From Ancrocorticia sp. (GTDB lineage Bacteria; Actinomycetota; Actinomycetes; Actinomycetales; Actinomycetaceae), in NCBI GenBank assembly GCA_022648165.1, contig JALCLX010000003.1:180467-244466 (forward strand): 64,000 nucleotides of DNA, in the 5' to 3' direction. The number at the start of each line of letters is the position of its first letter. Positions within the stretch are counted from its first letter, which is position 1. A program made the translations under genes and the position numbers. Below, piece by piece: positions 27,701-35,671 of this stretch. Under the pieces are notes generated by a model. That model saw nothing but the letters and a program-made list of their open reading frames with translations, was not told the origin of the DNA and did not search any database.

Positions 27701-30700
27701 CTGTGCTGGAACCTTGGAACGCACGGTACCCGGCGACAATTTCTACCGGCGAATGTATGCCAGCCACGGAGCGCGCCGCGTGGTTGCCCGCGAACACACC
27801 AGCCTGTTGGAACCACAGCTGCGGCTGCAGTACGAACAGGCTTTTAAGGCATCTGATCCGCCAGCAGATGCTCCGAACGTGCTTGTTGCCACTCCAACCC
27901 TAGAAATGGGCATCGACATCGGCGATCTTTCCGCTGCCATGCTGGCATCACTCCCGAAATCCGTCGCCTCATATCTGCAGCGCGTGGGGCGCGCGGGGCG
28001 GCTGACTGGCAACTCCTTGGTGCTCTCATTTGTCACCGCCCGCGGCGATCAGCTCCGCCGTTTCGCGCACCCTGAAGAAACTATCAATGGCGCGGTGCGG
28101 CCACCGGCAACATATCTCAATGCCTTAGAGATTCTGAAGCGCCAGTATCTTGCGGCCGCTGCTGACGCCTTGAGCCGTGAATCATCCGCTTTTGATCCGC
28201 GGAAAGCTGGTGCAATCCTTGATCCTTCCTCTCATGCGCATCTCCTGGAGCAACTGATCGCAAAAACTGAAGAGCCTGCTACGCTCGCCTCTTTCCTCGA
28301 AGTGTTTTCTCGGGGCGCCACCGCCGCGCATCTGCGCCCCGATACTATCCACAGCCTCCAGGATTGGGCGATGCCACATAACTCAACAAGCGGCGTGGCG
28401 CAACGGTGTTACCAGGCCGCCGCGAAGTGGAAGGCACGGCTTCAATCGCTTACTCACGCAGAAGGAGAAATAACGAAGGCAATCCCCGAACTAGAGGTGC
28501 GGGCGAAATCCCCATCTGCGAGCAGCGAGGATAAGCAGGCGTCCCGATCTGCGGCCGCGAATCGGCGCCATGTGGTAAGCCAAATCGCCACACAACGAGA
28601 CCAACACTGGATCTCCGCCATGGAAGAATACGGGTTGTTCCCCAATTACACGCTGATGGACGATTCCGTAACGCTTGATGCCCAGCTCTCATTCATGAAT
28701 CCGGAAACGCAGGATTATGAAACAGAGGAATTGGAAGTCGGGCGCTCTTCTGCCATAGCACTCCAGGATTTCGCACCGGGGAACACGTTCTATACGCACG
28801 GCTACGGGATCGCGATCGATGCCGTTGATCTGGGCAGAGACAACGAGAATATCCATCAATGGGCCTGCTGCGCCCAGTGCGGTTATGTTGCGGATCTTGG
28901 CGTCCAGGGATCGGAACTACGGCCACCTGCCGTGTGCCCGCGCTGCGGTGCGGACGGACTTGACGGCGCAGCTCAACGAGTGGCTGTTGTGGAACTGGAC
29001 CGCGTATCTGCGGTTTCGCGGCGCGACGACGCCCTTATTGACGATCGTGCAGAAGAACGCCAACACCGTGCCTTCACAACAGTCACACTGGCAGATATTG
29101 ATCCCGCAACAAGTAACTCCTGGTTCGTTGACGGCACCGAATTTGGAGTGCGGTATTCACGCGAAGTCGTAATGCGATGGATCAACACCGGACCGTCCGC
29201 GAGCAGGGGCCCCTCCCTCAACGTGGCCAACCAATTGGTACCTGTGCCAGCCTTTCGGCTGTGCGCGCATTGCGGAAAACTTGATACGGATTCCGGGCAG
29301 AACACTCCACGGGAGCATCGCCCATGGTGCCCGCAGCGCACTGCGCTGAAGGAAGACAACGTTGCGATTACATTAGGCCGGCACCTCGCTACTGAAGGTC
29401 TGCTACTGCGCATCCCGCGTTCCATTACCGTGGGTGAAGATTTTGCCTTGCCATCCCTCACAGCCGCATTGTTTCTAGCCCTCCGTGAACACTTGGGCGG
29501 AGATCCAGACCACCTACGCGTTGTCGCTGCTCCGGATCCTTCACCAACATCCCCAAGCAATCCACCCGGCCTGCTGATTTACGACACGGTTCCAGGGGGA
29601 ACAGGCTATCTTGCAGAACTCGCAGAGCCCGAAACTCTGTGGGACATCCTCAAGAAAGCCTATGACGTGCTGAGTGCCTGCAGCTGTCAAGATACCGGTG
29701 CCCTCGCATGCGAAAAGTGTTTACTTCCCTTCGCACCACCCAGCGACGTGAACCACGTCTCGCGCGCTGTTGCAGCCCGATCTCTGGCCAGAATTCTCAC
29801 CATAGAACAGGACCACGATTCGCTTGGCACAAACGATCTTCCGTGGAGCCATATCACCAATGACGATCCTGGCGAAATGGGCATCGAATCATACCTCGAA
29901 CAACAGTTTCGGGCGGTGTTGAAGGATCGCTTTACGCATGAAGGCGGAACCGTCCAAGAAAGGCCCGGGCCAGACGGCACGATCATCAACTTGACCACAC
30001 CGCAGCACGAACCCATGCGCGTTGATCCGCAGGTCAACCTTGCCGGCTCTCGGCCCGATTTCGTTGTGACTTTCGCAGACGCCGCACGCGCGCCTGTTGC
30101 CATATTCACGGATGGACGCGCGTTCCACTTCTCCCCCGCCTGCAATCGGGTCAAAGACGATGCGGAAAAACGTGAAGCACTGCGTGCCAGGGGTTACGCT
30201 GTGATCTCACTAACTGCGGCCGATCTGGTGCCGCATCAAGAACGCTTTTCGCCACCCTGGTACAACCCCGCAGTCACGGATGCGATTATGGCGGACGCGA
30301 CATCTGGGCTCTCCCGGACCACCTATGAATTATGCGAAGATTCGGAGCTGGACTTACTCCTTGAGTTCATCCGCAACCGCAACACTACCAGCGCCATCGA
30401 GAAACTTGGGCAGTGGCTTCCGCTTTATTTCTTCTCCGCGCAAAGCGAGCGCATCTCTGTTGGAGCGAATGTCGATTTGGCAGAAATCGCACGCGCGGCA
30501 ATTGATGGTAAAGATCTTTCAAGTTACGCCGGGCCCATGCCAGCGGCTGTGTGGCTTCATGGCACGGTTGCGGTGGTGACACGCCAACACGAAGATGGCG
30601 TGCGGTTCGATTTTGCCGCTATGCTGGACGACCGCGATGAGGCCGTTTCTGAACAGAACGTCGATTCATGGCGCATATGGTTGCACCTCATGAATCTGCT

Positions 30701-31109
30701 TACCCTGCGAACTGACCCCACTGCCGTCACCACCTACACGTCCAGCGCTGGTCCCATCGATATCCCTGTTACTACACGTGAAACTCCACTCGCGGACCTC
30801 ACATGGCAACCAGAAGGCGGATTGTCCATCGCATGGAAGGAAACGTTGGCGGAGGCACAGCCGGAAGAACGCCACATTCTTGAAGAGTTACTTCGGCAAC
30901 GCGGCAGTGCCATCCCACTGCCAACACTCGGATGGGAAGTGGGCGACGGTATCCCGCTGAGCATCGCCTGGCCCGATTTCAAAATCTCCGTAGCCTGGCC
31001 CGGAATCACGTCCCAAGATGAAGAGGAGATCGCGGCCGCAGGGTGGACAACCATTCCCGCCGATACGGACGCCATCGTGCACGCACTTAAAGACGCAGGA
31101 GGAATCTGA
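24744..31109 (+). CDS. 2121-aa SF2 (DEAD/DEAH-like) helicase fused to a DUF1998/MrfA-type zinc module and a Vsr/DUF559-like PD-(D/E)xK domain (DrmAB/DruE-like)
   Basis: Helicase: Walker A TGTGSGKT (25053-25076), DEFH (25446-25457), VLVATPTLEMGIDIGDL, QRVGRAGR (~27978). DUF1998-type: CCAQCG...CPRCG (28866-), LLIYDTVPGGTGY (29571-), ACSCQ...CEKC. Nuclease-like: RPDFVV...FTDGRAFH...DDAEKREALRARGYAV (30051-30200). ATGA overlap with the methylase gene. Confidence 0.8.
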   Translation: MTELLPVDQAHALTGTLLEFLGTTFSLDAPTRGALNEFLTDEVTGIFRGPYVRVRLPFAPAQNNWTELLPAHKEGFTPYSHQVRAFQRLSSAHGHAPEPTMITTGTGSGKTESFLFPILDHVVRAKQRGIRGMKALILYPMNALAQDQARRLAGLITQVPAFAGITAALYTGENPQNGRITVSSSGLITDRGTIRREAPDILLTNYKMLDQLLLRHADAALWEQSAQSLTYLVIDEFHSYDGAQGTDVAMLLRRLTLAIEAYRGDTEHLPLAGITPVATSATLGDRRDPAAMLGFFETVTGYHVSGDAVVTETRLSYADWAQSAREHTAERKLHPLELDDLVAQDVRAVLESIQSQAQSDVGTGIATDPGRAARLVLSRLYHTDAEEHPVLTNYSDEELLELAAAHPLTETIAGATQKAIPIAELTKMIFGSHLRRATDAGVADLFTGIYLSVLSHLRAVCGRNALTIDVNLWIRELTRIDRIVSPDTPAFHWADDGAIEQAVLPAIYCRNCGRSGWGVLLEPTGLGLARNDRAIRGEHARGSERFRPLIFAPGEAEMPGDDAPAPLWLDMASRMLRADTDTVESSLLVPVLTHTGDDAGKDSKNDVCPACGARDSIRFLGSAIATQLSVALSSLLSTPGMNGRERKALVFTDSVQDAAHRAGFVQARSYSLTLRALMRQALDEGPATLTELTQRMLTAAGSDSHRRYALLPPELAEIPNFRRFWEQPGRHDRRTLARVTTRLSFDVQLEFGLRSSTGRTLEASTSAVVGYDIADAILIAAARDVLQQANQSTLDGRAFFGGAEPTESELLRWAIGFLHRMRIRGAISHNWWKKFRTKDGNRWWITGGRKRNDGMPGFGHGNSAPGFPVIGARERIGEDLEPVGSPAGWYAMWTAKALHVSRPEGASLANALMRRLEAREVVEVLPSESRHTTYALPPDLLLAEPVTDAMLTGEPIALRCTVCDAVVHGSPRTIRALSGGPCLMGRCAGTLERTVPGDNFYRRMYASHGARRVVAREHTSLLEPQLRLQYEQAFKASDPPADAPNVLVATPTLEMGIDIGDLSAAMLASLPKSVASYLQRVGRAGRLTGNSLVLSFVTARGDQLRRFAHPEETINGAVRPPATYLNALEILKRQYLAAAADALSRESSAFDPRKAGAILDPSSHAHLLEQLIAKTEEPATLASFLEVFSRGATAAHLRPDTIHSLQDWAMPHNSTSGVAQRCYQAAAKWKARLQSLTHAEGEITKAIPELEVRAKSPSASSEDKQASRSAAANRRHVVSQIATQRDQHWISAMEEYGLFPNYTLMDDSVTLDAQLSFMNPETQDYETEELEVGRSSAIALQDFAPGNTFYTHGYGIAIDAVDLGRDNENIHQWACCAQCGYVADLGVQGSELRPPAVCPRCGADGLDGAAQRVAVVELDRVSAVSRRDDALIDDRAEERQHRAFTTVTLADIDPATSNSWFVDGTEFGVRYSREVVMRWINTGPSASRGPSLNVANQLVPVPAFRLCAHCGKLDTDSGQNTPREHRPWCPQRTALKEDNVAITLGRHLATEGLLLRIPRSITVGEDFALPSLTAALFLALREHLGGDPDHLRVVAAPDPSPTSPSNPPGLLIYDTVPGGTGYLAELAEPETLWDILKKAYDVLSACSCQDTGALACEKCLLPFAPPSDVNHVSRAVAARSLARILTIEQDHDSLGTNDLPWSHITNDDPGEMGIESYLEQQFRAVLKDRFTHEGGTVQERPGPDGTIINLTTPQHEPMRVDPQVNLAGSRPDFVVTFADAARAPVAIFTDGRAFHFSPACNRVKDDAEKREALRARGYAVISLTAADLVPHQERFSPPWYNPAVTDAIMADATSGLSRTTYELCEDSELDLLLEFIRNRNTTSAIEKLGQWLPLYFFSAQSERISVGANVDLAEIARAAIDGKDLSSYAGPMPAAVWLHGTVAVVTRQHEDGVRFDFAAMLDDRDEAVSEQNVDSWRIWLHLMNLLTLRTDPTAVTTYTSSAGPIDIPVTTRETPLADLTWQPEGGLSIAWKETLAEAQPEERHILEELLRQRGSAIPLPTLGWEVGDGIPLSIAWPDFKISVAWPGITSQDEEEIAAAGWTTIPADTDAIVHALKDAGGI

Positions 31110-33490
31110 TGCCAACAGTCATACTGCAACGTGAGTTCTCCAAACAAAACGATCGGCTGGATGGCTCTGTAAGCGCAGCAGTTTTCCGATTCCTTGCGAA
31201 ACTCCAAAAATCCGACACATCGACTGGACTGCATATCGAGCACATCGTTGGAGCTGCCGATCCACGAGTACGTACCGGCCGTATTACCGATTTCTACCGT
31301 GCTGTGCTGTATAAGGTGGATAATCCCGGCACTGAGCCTCTTTACATTTTCCTGGGAGCCCTTCCACACGATGACGCGATCGCGTACGCAAAAACCGTGT
31401 CCGTCAGCGTCAACCCCATCTCCGGCGTTGCCGAACTCAAAAGGATTAAAGCACCAGATAGCATCCCGCTCTCCAGGCACGAAACCCCACCCTATACCGG
31501 AGAAACGGATGCAGATTCGGCAACGCATTCAACTGCGCCGTCGCCGGCAAATCCACCCGAAGAGCACACAACCACACCGGTACGCCAAACAGGACCTGTT
31601 TACCCCATACTTGCGGCAACCGGATACACGATCCAGGACCTCGTTGGCCTTGGTATCGATCCCGAGTTCGCGCACAAGGCATTCGATGCGCGCGGGGAAG
31701 ACGAGCTGCTCGATATAGCGGATCAGGCACCCGCAAAATGGCAAGGACTCGCCATCATCAGCATCGGTACCGGCGCCACCCTGGAAGAGGTGCGAGAAGA
31801 ACTGCTCTCCGCCGACGACGGCACAGACCAATCGACTGCGGACGAACCGGAGCTTGTCAAGGCGTTGCACCACCCCGCATCACAATTGGACTTCGCATTC
31901 ATTGAGGCAGACGAAGATCTACGTGCTGCGATTGAGGATTTGGATTTCGCGCAATGGCGAGTCTTCTTACACCCAGAACAACGCCGTTATGTTATGCGTG
32001 ATCGCAATGGCGCATTCCGACTCTCCGGCGGCGCTGGAACAGGGAAAACCGTCGTATTGCTCCACCGCGCGCGGCATTTGCAACACAAAAACCCTGATGC
32101 CCGAATCGTGCTCACAACATTCAACCGAACACTGGCGCAATCGTTGGATGAGGGACTTGAAACACTCGATCCCGAGCTCACGCGCGCACGCGGCATCGCA
32201 AATCCAGGGATTCTCGTCGCTGGCGTTGATCAGCTTGTTATGCAGGTTCTTCGGGCTAACGCCAGCGACTTCGTAGGCGAATCAAGCATGGGCGCGCAGG
32301 CCGCGCAAAGAATACTGGGCGATGATCTCCCTACACGCGAGTTCATGGACGTGCTCAGCAGTTCTCAAGAAAGGGCCGTCTGGGAGGCTGCAATGGCCCA
32401 GGCGCCACACTTACCTGAGGCGCTTCACAACATTGCGTTTCTCGCTTCTGAATACTCCTTGGTAGTTTTGCCGAATCGGATCACACGTCAGGCAGAGTAT
32501 CTGCGGGCACGCAGGCCCGGGCGCGGCAAACGCCTCGGCCGCGGCGAGCGCATTGGCGTGTGGGAAGCAATCTCTCAGTTCCGTATTCGCTGCGCAATCG
32601 AAGGGTTCTCAACCTGGGATGAGAAAGCACAGATTGCTGCGCAGTACCTTGACGAATGCGTGGGCGTGGGGCGTGGCCGCCCGGCCGATTCAGTACTTGT
32701 TGACGAAGCACAAGATTTGAGCCCGTCTCATCTTGTATTCTTGCGAGCGCTCGCCCGCAAAGGGAAAAATGATTTATTCCTTGCCGAAGATTCACAACAG
32801 CGCATCTATGGGCACAAAGTTGTGCTATCGCGCTACGGTATTGAAATTCGCGGGCGTTCGCGCCGGCTTTCATTGAATTACCGCACCACGGCAGAGAATC
32901 TGGCGTATTCACTGAGCCTTCTTGAGGGAGTCGCATATGAGGACATGGACGGTGAGGCAGTTGACAACCGTGGCTATCATTCCATCCGATCCGGGCCCGA
33001 ACCGCGCATCGTTCACTGCCAGAGCGCAAGCGAGGAACTAGAAAAGCTCACAGCCACACTGCAATCGTGGATGGACCAGCACGTAGAGCCCGGTAGCATC
33101 GGCGTGCTATGTTACGCCAACAGGACCGCTGAAGGCCTGGCAAGGCATTTGACGGAGCTCGGCATTGCGGCAAAGGCCGTCTCCGGGGAAAGGCCGGCAA
33201 CGCCGGCACGCAAAGGTACGCATACTGGCCACACGAAGCAGGGCGCAAACGAAGGCAGCTACCAACCGGATGCCGCGATCCAAGTGATGACGATGCACCG
33301 TGCAAAGGGCATGGAGTTTTCGCGCGTGGTGCTCTTCAACGCCCTGGACGATGTTGATCATGCTGCGAACAGCTACTACACCGGCGTACCGGATGAAGAG
33401 CGCGATGATTATATGCAGCAGCTGCGATCTTTGATCTATGTGGCAGCGTCTCGCGCGCGCGACGAGCTGGTGGTGGTGACGCAGAAGTGA
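31109..33490 (+). CDS. UvrD/Rep-type SF1 helicase with N-terminal RelE/ParE-like domain
   Basis: Walker A LSGGAGTGKT (32027-32050), LVDEAQDLSP, VMTMHRAKGMEFSRVVLF, IYVAASRARDELVVV. N-terminal ...RTGRITDFYRAVLYKVDNPGTEPLYIFLGALPHDDAIAYAK. TGATG overlap with the upstream gene. Confidence 0.8.
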   Translation: MPTVILQREFSKQNDRLDGSVSAAVFRFLAKLQKSDTSTGLHIEHIVGAADPRVRTGRITDFYRAVLYKVDNPGTEPLYIFLGALPHDDAIAYAKTVSVSVNPISGVAELKRIKAPDSIPLSRHETPPYTGETDADSATHSTAPSPANPPEEHTTTPVRQTGPVYPILAATGYTIQDLVGLGIDPEFAHKAFDARGEDELLDIADQAPAKWQGLAIISIGTGATLEEVREELLSADDGTDQSTADEPELVKALHHPASQLDFAFIEADEDLRAAIEDLDFAQWRVFLHPEQRRYVMRDRNGAFRLSGGAGTGKTVVLLHRARHLQHKNPDARIVLTTFNRTLAQSLDEGLETLDPELTRARGIANPGILVAGVDQLVMQVLRANASDFVGESSMGAQAAQRILGDDLPTREFMDVLSSSQERAVWEAAMAQAPHLPEALHNIAFLASEYSLVVLPNRITRQAEYLRARRPGRGKRLGRGERIGVWEAISQFRIRCAIEGFSTWDEKAQIAAQYLDECVGVGRGRPADSVLVDEAQDLSPSHLVFLRALARKGKNDLFLAEDSQQRIYGHKVVLSRYGIEIRGRSRRLSLNYRTTAENLAYSLSLLEGVAYEDMDGEAVDNRGYHSIRSGPEPRIVHCQSASEELEKLTATLQSWMDQHVEPGSIGVLCYANRTAEGLARHLTELGIAAKAVSGERPATPARKGTHTGHTKQGANEGSYQPDAAIQVMTMHRAKGMEFSRVVLFNALDDVDHAANSYYTGVPDEERDDYMQQLRSLIYVAASRARDELVVVTQK

Positions 33491-34497
33491 GCACGGTTGG
33501 GTTCTTCACTCTCGCGATAGCTGCTGGACTGCTCACGGAAACAGTCTTCCGGTTGCTACGCCTTCGCCGTATCGAGGAGATTATCGGTGCAACGCCACTC
33601 TCCGTTTACCGAAACTCTCCGATGATGTACATGTCCGTTCAGGAGGCCTGTTATATGGGGCCGCGCATGATTCCCCGCTACGTTGTGTTTCGGTTCGTTC
33701 CACCGCTCATCGCTTTTCTTCTCGTTGCGGCCATATCAGATCGCAATGAGATCGATTCTCGTACCACTCTGCTCGGCTTGCTGGCTACAGCGATAGTTGC
33801 GGCGATTGCACGCGTCATCCCCAGTGGAGAGCCCACACCATTATCACTCAAAGTTCACCTGTTTCAAGGCATCGTATTATTGCTCGTCTTCGCTGAAGGA
33901 ACTCTCGTCTGGGTAGCCTCTAATCTCTTAGATCTATCAGCACTCGCCCCGACCTCCCAGGGACTCGTAGACAGCTTGTGGTCTGCGATGCTCGTTGCAG
34001 CCGTCATATTCCTTTATCTTTCGTTGCTTCGAGTAAAACCACCAATAGATCCCCTCGAGCAATCCCTTACCAACGCCAAAACTGATGCAGTATTGGCACG
34101 GTTCGCGTCACTCCAGAGCCAGTTTCGGCACATCGTCGAAAGCGCATGCAGCACAAACCATTGCTCGAAGAACCTGCTGTGGGCGGTCTTGATCTACGAG
34201 GATATGAATAGGCCGGCGTTCGTTCGAATCATTGAAAACTGGCTGGTCCGCCTTCCGGGCGTCAGCATGACCGTCGGAATCGGGCAAGTCGCCTCGCTCA
34301 CGCCGCTAACTGATGAACAGAGTATTGAACGGGCGGCTTCGTTACTTGCTAACTCGGAAGCCGTCATGACCCGTTACGATCTTGAACAAAACACAGACGC
34401 TAACCAGAAACTGGCAAAATACAACGATGATCCCAGATACACGGATGAAATCTGCCAGATACTTGACATCGTAAACATTGGTAGTCCGGGTGCATGA
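33487..34497 (+). CDS. polytopic membrane protein (about 5 TM) with C-terminal lysozyme/SLT-like motif
   Basis: GTG start overlaps the helicase TGA (GTGA). Hydrophobic segments across aa 5-200. LLWAVLIYEDMNRPAF...SMTVGIGQV (34174-34290) resembles the E-x-x-x-x-P ... G-x-x-Q pattern of lytic transglycosylases. Confidence 0.6.
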   Translation: MSTVGFFTLAIAAGLLTETVFRLLRLRRIEEIIGATPLSVYRNSPMMYMSVQEACYMGPRMIPRYVVFRFVPPLIAFLLVAAISDRNEIDSRTTLLGLLATAIVAAIARVIPSGEPTPLSLKVHLFQGIVLLLVFAEGTLVWVASNLLDLSALAPTSQGLVDSLWSAMLVAAVIFLYLSLLRVKPPIDPLEQSLTNAKTDAVLARFASLQSQFRHIVESACSTNHCSKNLLWAVLIYEDMNRPAFVRIIENWLVRLPGVSMTVGIGQVASLTPLTDEQSIERAASLLANSEAVMTRYDLEQNTDANQKLAKYNDDPRYTDEICQILDIVNIGSPGA

Positions 34498-34519
34498 TCT
34501 CCGCGCGAATACAGCAAGC

Positions 34520-35185
34520 TCAGTTGACCACTGCCTGCCAACTCCTTTTCTGTTTCTTGTGAGCCTCCTTTAGGAGGCGTTGTTTCTCAGCATCGAGATC
34601 ATTAACGATAATTGATATGAGTTGTCCGAAGTCGTCATCTTTGACTTTATGCCCGAGATCCTTTCGCATCTCGATCAGAATCGACTCGAATGCCGCCATT
34701 TGGAGAAAAACCGCAGCATCTGATCCCGTACCCCCTTGTGGAGACGATGCCGCCGCACCAGCACTTCTAAAGGCAGACATTCCCTGATTCCACACTTTGA
34801 TGAACTGGGGAGACGCATAGGTCAACATCTCCGCATAGACTTCGTGAAACATCTGTTTTTGGTCCTCCAATTGTGGACTCTGTGGCTCCTTCACATTCGC
34901 CATCATCCTTATAAAGAGCTGAACTACCTTGTTATAGAAGGCTGTTCGTTTATCTCTTATTGCTTCTTCCCTCGATTGTTTCTTCGCAACGTAAAGCTGC
35001 GTACCAAATGTAATAAGCGGCACTGATACCACCCCGAACAGTGTCAATATGCCAGTACGCGTGGCCGTATCGAGTTGACCGAACCATTGGATAGCTCCAC
35101 GTGCGAAATACCAAGCACCAATTACGAATATTCCGAGTAGCGACAACGCCGCAATGACCTGTAAAGACTGCACGATCTTGCGCAT
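34520..35185 (-). CDS. hypothetical 2-TM protein with helical cytoplasmic domain
   Basis: 221 aa. TM helices VIAALSLLGIFVIGAWYF and ILTLFGVVSVPLITFGTQLYV. No recognisable family. More AT-rich than its surroundings. Confidence 0.55.
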   Translation of the reverse strand: MRKIVQSLQVIAALSLLGIFVIGAWYFARGAIQWFGQLDTATRTGILTLFGVVSVPLITFGTQLYVAKKQSREEAIRDKRTAFYNKVVQLFIRMMANVKEPQSPQLEDQKQMFHEVYAEMLTYASPQFIKVWNQGMSAFRSAGAAASSPQGGTGSDAAVFLQMAAFESILIEMRKDLGHKVKDDDFGQLISIIVNDLDAEKQRLLKEAHKKQKRSWQAVVN

Positions 35186-35392
35186 GGTTTCCCTCTCATC
35201 TACTTCCCGGCCGCGACGAGGTCAGCATTCATTCTCCTAGTTGGTGGCACCGACGTGAGCTCTACACAGGCGAATGAGACACACCGAATCCATCTTGCCC
35301 AAGATAACGATCATTTACTATGTCTTGCCCCGAATCAGGGATCCCATGACGCCTAGTGTTATTACCATTAGACGTCATGAGATCACGCAGTG

Positions 35393-35671
35393 ATGCAGGT
35401 ATTCGGCAACAACGACACAGAACGCTTGTGACATCGCGAACGTTCACGGTTGTTGGACCCGAGGATTCAGCGAACCGCGTTACGAAAGCTACGCCACATT
35501 GACGCGGCCATGTCACTCAATGACCTGCGTATCCCGCCTGGCAACCGGTTAGAAACAGTCAAGGGTTCCAGGACCGTGTAGTACAGCATCAGAATCAATG
35601 ATCAATGGCTAATCTGTTGTAGTTAGACAAATCGCGCAGCAGAGGAGGTAGAGATCGTTGACTACCACTGA
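35393..35671 (+). pseudogene. higB: HigB (plasmid-maintenance killer/RelE-fold) toxin with three in-frame stop codons
   Basis: A single frame reads MQVFGNNDTERL*HRERSRLLGPRIQRTALRKLRHIDAAMSLNDLRIPPGNRLETVKGSRTV*YSIRINDQWLICCS*TNRAAEEVEIVDYH*. Stops are at 35429 (TGA), 35579 (TAG) and 35624 (TAG). Confidence 0.7.
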
